Assembly: GCA_945877765.1 (NCBI GenBank)
Contig: CAMDWQ010000003.1
Location: forward strand, 52,168-116,167
Source of the DNA: Candidatus Omnitrophota bacterium
Lineage (GTDB): Bacteria; Omnitrophota; Gorgyraeia; 2-02-FULL-51-18
Direction of reading: 5' to 3'
DNA: 64,000 bases
Positions within the stretch are counted from its first letter, which is position 1. Every line of letters begins with the position of its first letter. The notes below the pieces were generated by a model. The model had not been told where the DNA came from. It ran no database searches and was given only the letters and a program-made list of their open reading frames with translations. The position numbers and the translations under genes are program-made. Below, piece after piece: positions 8,980 to 17,683 of this stretch.

Positions 8980-10937
8980 CGGCTTATTTTTTGCGCCGCT
9001 TCACGAAGACGTTCTGAATCCGGATAAACGGCGACCCTGGCAGGAGAAGCTAGGCTTGCTTGGATTTGTGCGCTAAGATTTTCTGCAGTGACTCGTTGAA
9101 TAAGACCCTCATTTTCCATTAAATTTAAAAAATCCACAAACTTTGGCTTCCTGCGCAAACTTTCAAATGGCTCGACCACTAGCACCTTTTTACCCGATGC
9201 CGCCGCCTCTGAAATCATCGAAATTGATTCTCCCGTGACAACCACTAAATCCGAGAGCCCTAGAACTCCAAGAACAATGCCCGCGCGATTCGCTTCATTA
9301 GCGATCACTAAAAGCGGACACAGCGGCTCTTGGGCAAACTTTTCTTTAACCGCCGCTTCAGCCCAGGCGGGAGTTCGTCTGGAAGTCGTGACTAAAATCT
9401 GGGCGCCATTCTCCTGAATGCCCAACCGCAGGCTGTCCAAAATTTTTAAAAAAATATCTTTTTCAAAAATAATTTGCGCGGTGTCACCGCCCGCCAAAAA
9501 ACCAACCACTTTTGAGCCAGGCTTCAAGCTTATCTTATTCCCCAGCGCGGCTGACCCAATCTCAAGAGCCTCTTTAGAGACCTGGGTTAATGCCGCTTGG
9601 GTTTCAAAAACATTGCTATTTTTTTTAAGCCGATCATGCTTGGGGGCAACAATTGCATGAAAGTGCCTCAACCCAAATCCTGGATCCATGACCGCCACCG
9701 ACCGAGCTGCGTTTTCTCGAGCCGCCCAAAGATTAACCCCTGCTACCGAGGAACCGGCCGAGATCACAACATCCGCATAAGTCTGCATTATCTCACGATA
9801 CGAAGCCGGTGTTAAAAACATTTTTGCCCAAAACCTAGCGAAAGGAACGCGCCCGCCAAACAGACTGTTCAGTACCCTAAAAACTTTCTGAAAAAACTCA
9901 TGATGATATTGAACCTCAATGATCTTTAAATGCGTGCGCTCGGGTCCCAAACCGTCCTCCGCGCGCTGGCGGACAATCGTCTCATAAAGCGCCAGCGATT
10001 GGTTGCGGTGCCCCGCTTTTCCGTCACTCAAGACAAGCACAAAACGGTCCGGTGTCGATTTCCACCGGCGGTGAGCCCACAACCACTGGGCGGGCTCTTT
10101 TCTAATTTTAGCTTCCAAAATTACCGCAAACTGCGTAAGAATATTTTTTTCCTTTTCCTCATTGGTCCAGTCTTCAGGGGGTGCTATTAGCGGACCCTCA
10201 ACTTCAATGCGGTGGCTATCCACCCCCTCACGAAAAATAAACGTCGGAAAAATCCGCGCCCCGGTACGCGTTGCAAACGCGGCGACTCCCTTGGGGTAGG
10301 AGGACAGGCGCCCAAAAAACGGGACAAACGTTCCCGACTTTCCGCCATCCTGGTCTCCCAAAATCCCCACAATCCGACCCGCCTTCAAAGACCTCAAAAT
10401 CTCTCGAACCGGCATCCCCTTAAAAATAATTTCACTGCCCTGGGACCGGCGCAGGTCATTGAGATAAGCGTCCGAGCGTGGATGCTTTTGCTCGCGCGCC
10501 AACGCTGTCATGGGATACCCCAACAACCCTCCAGAAATACTTAATAGTTCCCAGTTTCCAAAATGAGCGGTAAGAAATATAACCCCCCGGCCCTCTTTAA
10601 GAACGTTGTCCACCTTTTGGCTGTCAATGACACGAATATGTTTTAAAGCAAATGCTTTATCCATATCAGGGGCATGCAAGAGTTCGATCCCAGCGCGGCC
10701 AATATTCCGAAACGACTCACGCGCAATTTTTTTAAGCTCGGCAGGAGATTTCTCGCCGGCAAATACGGCGCGAAGATTCTTAAGCATTACCGGATGACGT
10801 TTGGTGCCCCAATAAGCCACGTCCCCAATAAAAGATCCTAATTTAATCGCCGCGCGGTAGGGCAATATTTTTACGAGAAATCGGGCAAAGCGGATTGCGT
10901 TTAGCATCAACGCATCTTCGAAGGAGGTCTTGGTCAT
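8976..10937 (-). CDS. Lipid A biosynthesis (Kdo2-lipid IVA) late acyltransferase, LpxL/HtrB family, fused to a C-terminal ELM1/DUF1022-like domain
   Basis: N-terminal 290 aa match the LpxL family (LHAPDMDKAFALKHIRVID, FLTAHFGNWE). C-terminal ~350 aa resemble the Mito_fiss_Elm1 family (LSDGKAGHRNQSLAL). Confidence 0.7.
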   Translation of the reverse strand: MTKTSFEDALMLNAIRFARFLVKILPYRAAIKLGSFIGDVAYWGTKRHPVMLKNLRAVFAGEKSPAELKKIARESFRNIGRAGIELLHAPDMDKAFALKHIRVIDSQKVDNVLKEGRGVIFLTAHFGNWELLSISGGLLGYPMTALAREQKHPRSDAYLNDLRRSQGSEIIFKGMPVREILRSLKAGRIVGILGDQDGGKSGTFVPFFGRLSSYPKGVAAFATRTGARIFPTFIFREGVDSHRIEVEGPLIAPPEDWTNEEKEKNILTQFAVILEAKIRKEPAQWLWAHRRWKSTPDRFVLVLSDGKAGHRNQSLALYETIVRQRAEDGLGPERTHLKIIEVQYHHEFFQKVFRVLNSLFGGRVPFARFWAKMFLTPASYREIMQTYADVVISAGSSVAGVNLWAARENAARSVAVMDPGFGLRHFHAIVAPKHDRLKKNSNVFETQAALTQVSKEALEIGSAALGNKISLKPGSKVVGFLAGGDTAQIIFEKDIFLKILDSLRLGIQENGAQILVTTSRRTPAWAEAAVKEKFAQEPLCPLLVIANEANRAGIVLGVLGLSDLVVVTGESISMISEAAASGKKVLVVEPFESLRRKPKFVDFLNLMENEGLIQRVTAENLSAQIQASLASPARVAVYPDSERLREAAQKISR

Positions 10938-10950
10938 CGGAAAAATAAAA

Positions 10951-11958
10951 TCAGCTGTTCACACACCTGCGGAGAAATTCATCTTCATCGTTAAGCTGAA
11001 ATTCGATCTCCAGCACCCAGAACTGAAAACGCTTCCAGTTTGCGGGAAGCCCGCGCTCAAAGAAAGGCGCCAATCTTTCAAAATCTTTTCGGGTAGTCAC
11101 GATATCCATGGCGCCAACAGCTTCGCTTCGTTTTAAAAACTCATCAATCTCGCTTCGTGAATAATCATGATGGTCATCAAATCTACCGGCAAATACAATT
11201 TCAATTCCGATGTTTTCAACTGTCTTTTCAAAAGAATGCGGATCGGCAAGCCCCGAAAGAGAGGCCACCTTCTTTACCCGGAAGTCGTGAAATCCTACTG
11301 CTTTGTTCAACACAGGATCCCAGAAATGAAGAGGTTTGTGCACCGCTTCAAAAATGACAGCGGTTGGCTTTATTTCATGAATTTTTTGGGTAATCCAGTG
11401 AACATTTTTGGCACCGATATCGCTCTTGGTCAAAATAAAAAGATCAGCACGCGCAATGTTTTCCATCGGCTCCCTCAAAGTTCCAACGGGAATAAGCCCT
11501 CCGGGGCCAAAGGGCTCCGTTGAATTGATCGTCAGAATATCCAAATCCCGATGAAGCCGGATATGCTGAAAACCATCGTCAAGAATCAGGATTTCGGAGC
11601 CATGCTTTTCTACCGCCTCACGCGCCGTTTTAATCCGGTCGCGGCCAACAAGCAAAGGAACATGCGGTAGCTTTTTCTTCAATTCCTCCACCTCATCTTT
11701 CCCGTAGCCGCGAGTCAGAATAGCTACCTTCTTTCCGGAAGCTGAAAGATCCCCCGCTAGCTTTGCCACCAAAGGCGTTTTCCCCGTTCCTCCCCAGGTG
11801 ATGTTCCCCACACTAATCACACGAGCCTTTGATTTTTTGATAGACAAGGGGCCATTTCGATAAGATTTTTGAGATATTTCTAGCACTTTTCGGTAAATGT
11901 CGGCCAAAAGACGAGCGATTGATTTTTTCACTTCCAGATATCTCCTGTAGACTGACAA
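10951..11958 (-). CDS. lpxK: Tetraacyldisaccharide 4'-kinase
   Basis: ISVGNITWGGTGKTPLVAKLA P-loop and LpxK-typical length (335 aa). Confidence 0.9.
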   Translation of the reverse strand: MSVYRRYLEVKKSIARLLADIYRKVLEISQKSYRNGPLSIKKSKARVISVGNITWGGTGKTPLVAKLAGDLSASGKKVAILTRGYGKDEVEELKKKLPHVPLLVGRDRIKTAREAVEKHGSEILILDDGFQHIRLHRDLDILTINSTEPFGPGGLIPVGTLREPMENIARADLFILTKSDIGAKNVHWITQKIHEIKPTAVIFEAVHKPLHFWDPVLNKAVGFHDFRVKKVASLSGLADPHSFEKTVENIGIEIVFAGRFDDHHDYSRSEIDEFLKRSEAVGAMDIVTTRKDFERLAPFFERGLPANWKRFQFWVLEIEFQLNDEDEFLRRCVNS

Positions 11959-13223
11959 AAAATCTGTGTATTTCGGATCAAGGCACCGCGGTGTCCGGAC
12001 ACGAGATTTTGAGCTCTCTGTCCCATCTCGCGCGCCTGCGTCTGGTTCTGCATTAAAAAAACAAGTCTATCTTTCAAATCCCCGGCATCCTTGACGCCAA
12101 TTGCCGCCTTGCCGTTCAAAAAAAGCCGCGACATTTCAAAAAAATTATTCATGTATGGGCCGAATAAAATTGGCTTTGCATAGTAGGCCGGCTCCACTAA
12201 ATTGTGCCCCCCAACCTCCACCAAGCTCCCCCCAACAAACACCGCATCCGCCGCCTGATAAAAATAAGCCAAAAGCCCCATACGGTCCAATAGCCAAGCT
12301 TCCGGACCCCCCTCATCATAACCATTTTGTGCCCCGCTGAAAACTCTTTTTAATCGAATTCCTTTTGCCGCCGCGAGACCTTCTATTGAAGTAAGCCGAT
12401 CTAAATGCCGAGGCGCCAAAAAAAGCGTCAAATGCGGAAAAATTTCACGCAGTTGCAAATACGTGTCCATCAAAACCGCCTCTTCCCCCTCATGCGTACT
12501 GGCCCCAAGACACAAAAATTTCCCCGGCTGCGACAGCTTTTGCCGGACCGCCAATACCTCAGCGGACTCCCCTTGCGGCGGCTCCCAGTCAAATTTAAGA
12601 TTTCCTGTAATTTGCACCTTGCCAGGCTCCGCGCCCAGTTCAAGAAAGCGGTCCTGCATTCGCTCGTCCTGCGCACCAATAGCCGTCAGGCGGTTTAAAA
12701 TTGGCTTCAGAAAAAATCGAATTCGCCGGTATTTTGAAATCGCTTTGTCCGAAATGCGGCCATTTAAAATAAACAGGGGTATCTTTTTTTCCGAAAGCTC
12801 CCAAATCAAATTGGGCCAGATCTCCGTCTCCATAAAAGCCACCGCGTCCGGATGGACCGCCCGCACAAACCGCCTCACCGCAAAGCGAAAATCCACCGGA
12901 AACTGCAGCAACACATCCTGGGGATTCATCGACTTGGCCGCCACCTCATAACCGGTCACCGTTGTCGTCGTCAGAACAAACTTCACACCGGAAAATATTT
13001 CTCTCCAGTGACTGAGCACGCGTATCGCTAAAGCGACCTCCCCAACGGACACCGCATGGATCCAAATTACTTTTTTCCCTTTAAGCTTTTCCACCACCGC
13101 TTGCTCAACATGTCCCAATCGAGAACCCAAACCGCCCTTACTTTTCCCTTTGAGAATAAAAAGAGGCAAGTAGAAAAGAGAAAAGATAAAAAATAAAAAA
13201 TCATAAATAAGGCGGGTTAGCAT
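11928..13223 (-). CDS. waaA: 3-deoxy-D-manno-octulosonic acid (Kdo) transferase
   Basis: KVIWIHAVSVGEVALAIRVL motif; 431 aa GT30 family. Confidence 0.9.
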   Translation of the reverse strand: MLTRLIYDFLFFIFSLFYLPLFILKGKSKGGLGSRLGHVEQAVVEKLKGKKVIWIHAVSVGEVALAIRVLSHWREIFSGVKFVLTTTTVTGYEVAAKSMNPQDVLLQFPVDFRFAVRRFVRAVHPDAVAFMETEIWPNLIWELSEKKIPLFILNGRISDKAISKYRRIRFFLKPILNRLTAIGAQDERMQDRFLELGAEPGKVQITGNLKFDWEPPQGESAEVLAVRQKLSQPGKFLCLGASTHEGEEAVLMDTYLQLREIFPHLTLFLAPRHLDRLTSIEGLAAAKGIRLKRVFSGAQNGYDEGGPEAWLLDRMGLLAYFYQAADAVFVGGSLVEVGGHNLVEPAYYAKPILFGPYMNNFFEMSRLFLNGKAAIGVKDAGDLKDRLVFLMQNQTQAREMGQRAQNLVSGHRGALIRNTQIFCQSTGDIWK

Positions 13224-13287
13224 ATTAGATCCCTCGACTCTCCGCCAAAGATCGCTGGCGGATCGCTCGGGATGACACTATTACACA

Positions 13288-13450
13288 AAGGGTTGGCTGG
13301 CAAAGCTTTTTGAGACGCGTAGATAAGGCGAGCGGCCATGGTGTCCCCGTCGTAATAGACGGGGACGAGCGAGCTCTTATCTATCGAGTTAATTTTTCCT
13401 CGGAGGGGAAAAATTAACGCCGGCTCAAATAGATTTGCCAGCCAACCCTG
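13288..13450 (+). repeat. Copy A of a ~160-bp structured intergenic repeat (family 2): outer 16-bp inverted repeat enclosing a conserved ~110-nt multi-hairpin core
   Basis: Outer IR agggttggctggcaaa / tttgccagccaaccct. Core: gcgtagataaggcgagcggccatggtgtccccgtcgtaatagacggggacgagcgagctcttatctatcgagttaatttttcctcggaggggaaaaattaacgccggc. Confidence 0.8.
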
Positions 13451-13469
13451 GTTGTAGCCCACAAGCACC

Positions 13470-14357
13470 TCAAGCTCTTGGATGCGCTTTATCATAAGCC
13501 TCTTTTAACCTCTGTGTCGACACGTGCGTATATATCTGTGTCGTCGATAAATTTTCATGCCCTAAAAGTTCCTGCACCGAGCGCAAATCCGCCCCATGAT
13601 TTAAAAGATGTGTCGCAAATGAGTGTCGTAAAGTGTGCGGTGAAATATTATCTCTTTTGCAAGTATTTTCAATGTGCTTATCCACGATACGGCAGACGCT
13701 TCGGCTGGTCAAGCGAGACCCTTCTTGATTCGGCGAATGATTTAAAAAAAGTGCTCGCGAGGATCTTTTTTTTCCTTCGTCTCGCACCTGGAGGTACTGG
13801 CGAATGCATTTGAGCGCTCGGCTGCCGATGGGGCAAAATCTTTCCTTGTTTCCCTTCCCCAGCACCCGGCAAACCCCACCTATAAAATCAACCTTCTCAA
13901 GGTCAAGTCTCACAATTTCAGAAACTCGCATCCCCGTCGAGTACAGAGTCTCAAGAATCGCTCGGTCACGGCAGCCAAAAATATCCTCTCCTGGCGAATC
14001 CAAGAGCTTTGTCATCTCATCCTCTTCGAGCACCATCGGAAGCTTTTTCTCCTGCTTAGGGTTACGCACGCTAGCAATAGGGTTCTTTGCCAGGTGGCCT
14101 TCGCGCGTCAAAAATCGGAAGTACGTCCTTAGCGCCGCCATGCGCCGTGCCACCGTACGTTTGGACAGCTCCAGCTGGCTTAACGAAGCCAAATAACGTC
14201 TTATCAGATCCTTATTGAGCTCTGTTAATGGGACTTCTCCTAAAAATTCGTAGAAATTTTTTAAGTCATGCGTATAACTTAGCGTCGTGTGCGGAGAATA
14301 ATTTTTCTCGGCTCTCAAATAGACCAAAAATCTTTCCGTGAGCTTATTGGGAAACAT
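13470..14357 (-). CDS. xerC: Tyrosine recombinase XerC/XerD family. The probable true start is the internal Met at 14357; the ORF track extends it to 14570.
   Basis: RAEKNYSPHTTLSY ... HTLRHSFATHLLNHGADLRSVQELLGHENLSTTQIYTHV catalytic R-H-R-Y box. Confidence 0.85.
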   Translation of the reverse strand: MFPNKLTERFLVYLRAEKNYSPHTTLSYTHDLKNFYEFLGEVPLTELNKDLIRRYLASLSQLELSKRTVARRMAALRTYFRFLTREGHLAKNPIASVRNPKQEKKLPMVLEEDEMTKLLDSPGEDIFGCRDRAILETLYSTGMRVSEIVRLDLEKVDFIGGVCRVLGKGNKERFCPIGSRALKCIRQYLQVRDEGKKRSSRALFLNHSPNQEGSRLTSRSVCRIVDKHIENTCKRDNISPHTLRHSFATHLLNHGADLRSVQELLGHENLSTTQIYTHVSTQRLKEAYDKAHPRA

Positions 14358-14373
14358 AGGCGGTTTTAAGCCC

Positions 14374-16584
14374 TTACGCTTCTGGTTCTTGCGGTGATTC
14401 CTGGCCCTGGGCAGGCTTTGAGGCAGGGAGCCTATTGGTAATAAATGTACATGCCGGATAGGCCGTGCACCCAAAAAAAGAGCGTCCTTTTCCGGATTTA
14501 GCGCGGCGCGCGACAAGCTTTCCTGCGGTGCATTGCGGACAAGAGACATCCGTTGAAATGGATTTGGCATTTTTACATTCGGGCCAACCCGAGCAGCTCA
14601 TAAAACGTCCGCGGCGCCCCCACTTGATCACCATGGGTTTCCCGCACTGGCCGCAAACTTCATCGGTGGGCTCCGCCTCTCGCCGCACCGTTTGCATTTG
14701 GGTTTTTGCGGATTCGATTTGTCCGCTGAAAACATCGTAAAAATCCTTCACGACTTTTTTCCATCCCACAACGCCTTCTTCTACCTGGTCGAGACCTTCC
14801 TCTAGATGTGCGGTAAACTCAAAGTTGAGTACTTTCTCAAAATGTTTTACCAAAAGATCGGTTACCAGCATACCCAAATCCGTCGGTAGGAGGCTGCCGC
14901 CTTCACGTCGAATATAATCGCGGCTCGTGAGTGTCAAAATAATCGGTGCATAAGTGGATGGGCGGCCAATACCGCCCTCTTCCATCGCTTTGACCAACGA
15001 AGCATCGGTAAATCGCGGAGGCGGCTTAGTAAAATGCTGGATCGGATCAATCTTAAGCAGCTTTAAAACTTCTTTTTCCAAAAGCTCCGGCAGAGGATGA
15101 TCCTCTTCATCGGACCGGCCCGCAACGGCTAAAAATCCGGCAAACTCAACACGGCTACCCGTGGCGTGAAAAAAAAACTCACCCGCCTTGATAGTAGCCG
15201 CTTCTTGCGCGATAGAAGCGGGGGTCATTTGGCTAGCCACCGCCTGCTGCCAAATCAATGCATAAAGTTTTTGTTGGTCCGGCGTTAAATAGCTCTCAAT
15301 CTCCTGGGGCTTCCTAAAAAAAGAAGAGGGCCGAATGGCCTCATGGGCTTCCTGCGCCTGCTTTTTTGATTTGTACACATTGGGCATTGCCGGCAAATAA
15401 TCTTTTCCATAATTTTTTCCAATAAATTCACGGACTTCCTTAATCGCCTGATCCGATAGGCGAACAGAATCTGTTCGCATGTAGGTAATCAAACCAACGC
15501 TTCCCTCTTCGCCGATCTCCACACCTTCATAAAGCGTCTGGGCTACTTTCATTGTTTTTGAGGCGGGAAAGCGCAGCGCGTTATAAGCGGCCTGCTGAAG
15601 TTTGCTGGTAGTGAAGGGTGCCTGCGGATTTCTTTTTTTCTTTAACTTTTTAAGCTCTTCGACGACAAAAGATTGTGCTTTGGCCTTATCCAAGGTCTCT
15701 GCCGCCGTTTTTTGATTGGTAATCTCGGCTTTGACCTTGCCAATTTTTTCTAGTTTGGCTACAAAGGGGGTGTTGTCGCCTTTCTGCTTAGAGAGCTGGG
15801 CTTCAATCGTCCAGTATTCTTCCGGCTTAAACGCACGAACATCTCTTTCCCGATCAACAATTAGCCGCAGGGCTACTGACTGAACACGGCCCGCTGAGAG
15901 CCCGCGGCTTACTTTTTGCCACAGAAGCGGGCTTAAGTTGTAACCGACCAGACGGTCCAAAACTCGCCGCGCTTGCTGCGCATCCACAAGATTCTGGTTG
16001 ATCTCTAAAGGGTGTTTGAAGGCTTCTAGGATGGCGGTCTTAGTGATTTCATTGAATACCACACGATGCACTTCTTTGCCAGCACCCAATTGATTTTTTA
16101 AATGCCAGCTAATCGCTTCGCCTTCGCGGTCAGGATCGCAAGCCAGATAGAGTTTTAATTTTCCCTTATTTTTTTTCTTCAGGTCTGCCAGGGTTTTTTT
16201 GCGGTCCTTGGTAACAATGTACTGAGGCTCGAAATTATTTTCAATATCGATTCCCATTTTGCTTTTTGGCAGATCGACGACATGCCCCATGGAGGCGGCT
16301 ACTTCAAAGCCGGGCCCCAGATATTTCTGGATTGTTTTGCACTTGGCGGGTGATTCCACAATGACCAAAGCACCTTGCGGTTTGGCTCCGCCGCCAACAA
16401 AGTGAACGATCTCAATTTCGTCGCCTTCGTGGATCAGGGCTTGGGCAAGCCGCTCCTTAGGAATAATTTCAAAATTATGCTCAACGACGACTTTCTCCTT
16501 GGCCAGCGAAAGTTTATCCAAAAGCTGGGCGAGCGTGAGCGTCTCGTTAAAATCCTTAAGCTCACCATTTAATCGTATTTTCAT
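14374..16584 (-). CDS. topA: DNA topoisomerase I with an in-frame N-terminal 66-aa ThiS/MoaD-like beta-grasp domain ending in GGG
   Basis: The TopA core starts at LVIVESPAKCKTIQKYLG ... GHVVDLP and has C-terminal Zn ribbons. The preceding 66 aa (MKIRLNGE...EIEIVHFVGGG) are a textbook ThiS. No stop codon separates the two. Confidence 0.85.
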   Translation of the reverse strand: MKIRLNGELKDFNETLTLAQLLDKLSLAKEKVVVEHNFEIIPKERLAQALIHEGDEIEIVHFVGGGAKPQGALVIVESPAKCKTIQKYLGPGFEVAASMGHVVDLPKSKMGIDIENNFEPQYIVTKDRKKTLADLKKKNKGKLKLYLACDPDREGEAISWHLKNQLGAGKEVHRVVFNEITKTAILEAFKHPLEINQNLVDAQQARRVLDRLVGYNLSPLLWQKVSRGLSAGRVQSVALRLIVDRERDVRAFKPEEYWTIEAQLSKQKGDNTPFVAKLEKIGKVKAEITNQKTAAETLDKAKAQSFVVEELKKLKKKRNPQAPFTTSKLQQAAYNALRFPASKTMKVAQTLYEGVEIGEEGSVGLITYMRTDSVRLSDQAIKEVREFIGKNYGKDYLPAMPNVYKSKKQAQEAHEAIRPSSFFRKPQEIESYLTPDQQKLYALIWQQAVASQMTPASIAQEAATIKAGEFFFHATGSRVEFAGFLAVAGRSDEEDHPLPELLEKEVLKLLKIDPIQHFTKPPPRFTDASLVKAMEEGGIGRPSTYAPIILTLTSRDYIRREGGSLLPTDLGMLVTDLLVKHFEKVLNFEFTAHLEEGLDQVEEGVVGWKKVVKDFYDVFSGQIESAKTQMQTVRREAEPTDEVCGQCGKPMVIKWGRRGRFMSCSGWPECKNAKSISTDVSCPQCTAGKLVARRAKSGKGRSFFGCTAYPACTFITNRLPASKPAQGQESPQEPEA

Positions 16585-16590
16585 CGAATG

Positions 16591-17679
16591 TTATGCCTTT
16601 TGAAAATATTTTCCAGGCGACTCTTTGATAAGTCCCTTCATCTGCAATGCAGATAAGACGGTCACTGTTTTTTGCAAGGAAATCCCCGCGCCCTCCACGA
16701 CCTCCTCCAGCTGCACTGGGCCGGAATCCAAAAGTGAAAATAATTTTTCTTCTTCTGCCGAAAGCGCTGCTCGCTGAGAAGATTTGGCTCTCCGGGAAAC
16801 AAGAAGCCCTAAATCGGACAAAATATCCTGTGCGGACATCACAAGACACGCCCCCTGCTTTAAAAGAGAGTTGGTCCCAAATGACTTCGAAGAGTCCGCA
16901 TTGCCGGGCAACGCAAAAACCCCGCGGCCTTGCTCGAGCGCCAGATCCGCGGTGATCAAGGCCCCGCTTTTTTCCTTGGCCTCCACCACGAATACGGCGC
17001 TAGAGAGTCCGCTAATAATACGATTTCTTACTGGAAAACAACCAGGGTCCGGCGACATCTCTACTGGGTACTCCGAAACAAGTGCCCCATTTTCACAGAT
17101 TTTTTCAGCTAATCGTTTGTTTTCTTTTGGGTATAGCTTTGCAATGCCCCCACCCAACACCGCGATAGTGCATCCCTTCCCAGCAAGCGCCCCCTCATGA
17201 GCGGCCGTATCAATGCCTAACGCCAGTCCGCTGACCACAACCACCCCTGCCCCAGCCAAATCACTTGAAATCTGAGACGCCATTCGTCGGCCGTAAAGAG
17301 AAGCCACCCGAGAACCCACCACAGCCACATTCACGCTTTCGGCTGGCGGCAGAGAACCTTTAACGTAAAGCAAGATAGGAGGATCGTGAATTTCACGAAG
17401 AAGCGCCGGATATCTCTCGTCAAAAATAGGAATGATATCAATTTGATGCTTCAGCGCCTTCTCAATCTCTTCATCTGCGCGCGGGAGAAGGTCTGCTGCC
17501 TTCAAATCCTCCCATAGTACTCGAATCCCTTTTTTCTGACTCTCAAAATTATCTTTTCTAACTGAAAAAATGGATCCTTCGCCACCAAATCTGTCGGCTA
17601 GTTTTTTATAGCTCACCGGACCCATATTTTTAACGAGGCTTAGCGCTACGATCTCACGCAGTTTGTTCGTGCTTGTCAT
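16591..17679 (-). CDS. dprA: DNA processing protein A (Smf)
   Basis: Rossmann-like DprA core (GIDTAAHEGAL ... VLGGGIAKLYP). The dprA-topA arrangement is conserved in many bacteria. Confidence 0.85.
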   Translation of the reverse strand: MTSTNKLREIVALSLVKNMGPVSYKKLADRFGGEGSIFSVRKDNFESQKKGIRVLWEDLKAADLLPRADEEIEKALKHQIDIIPIFDERYPALLREIHDPPILLYVKGSLPPAESVNVAVVGSRVASLYGRRMASQISSDLAGAGVVVVSGLALGIDTAAHEGALAGKGCTIAVLGGGIAKLYPKENKRLAEKICENGALVSEYPVEMSPDPGCFPVRNRIISGLSSAVFVVEAKEKSGALITADLALEQGRGVFALPGNADSSKSFGTNSLLKQGACLVMSAQDILSDLGLLVSRRAKSSQRAALSAEEEKLFSLLDSGPVQLEEVVEGAGISLQKTVTVLSALQMKGLIKESPGKYFQKA

Positions 17680-17683
17680 TAGC

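Noticed and set aside
13288-13450. Possibility that copy A is an integron attC or dif-like recombination site because it abuts a xerC-type tyrosine recombinase gene
   Set aside because: The ends do not match the attC R''/R' (RYYYAAC/GTTRRRY) cores. There is no intI-type integrase insertion, attI site or cassette array. The other two copies are not near recombinases.
13217-13495. 92-aa minus-strand ORF in the ORF track between waaA and xerC
   Set aside because: It lies entirely over family-2 repeat copy A and its flanks. It has no protein-like composition beyond the repeat, and the equivalent frames in copies B and C are broken, so it is a spurious ORF.
14357-14570. Long N-terminal extension (71 aa, Pro/Arg-rich) on XerC overlapping topA by ~200 nt
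   Set aside because: The recombinase family alignment starts at the internal Met (MFPNKLTERFLVYL). The extension would overlap the topA C-terminus in another frame, so it is an ORF-calling artefact.
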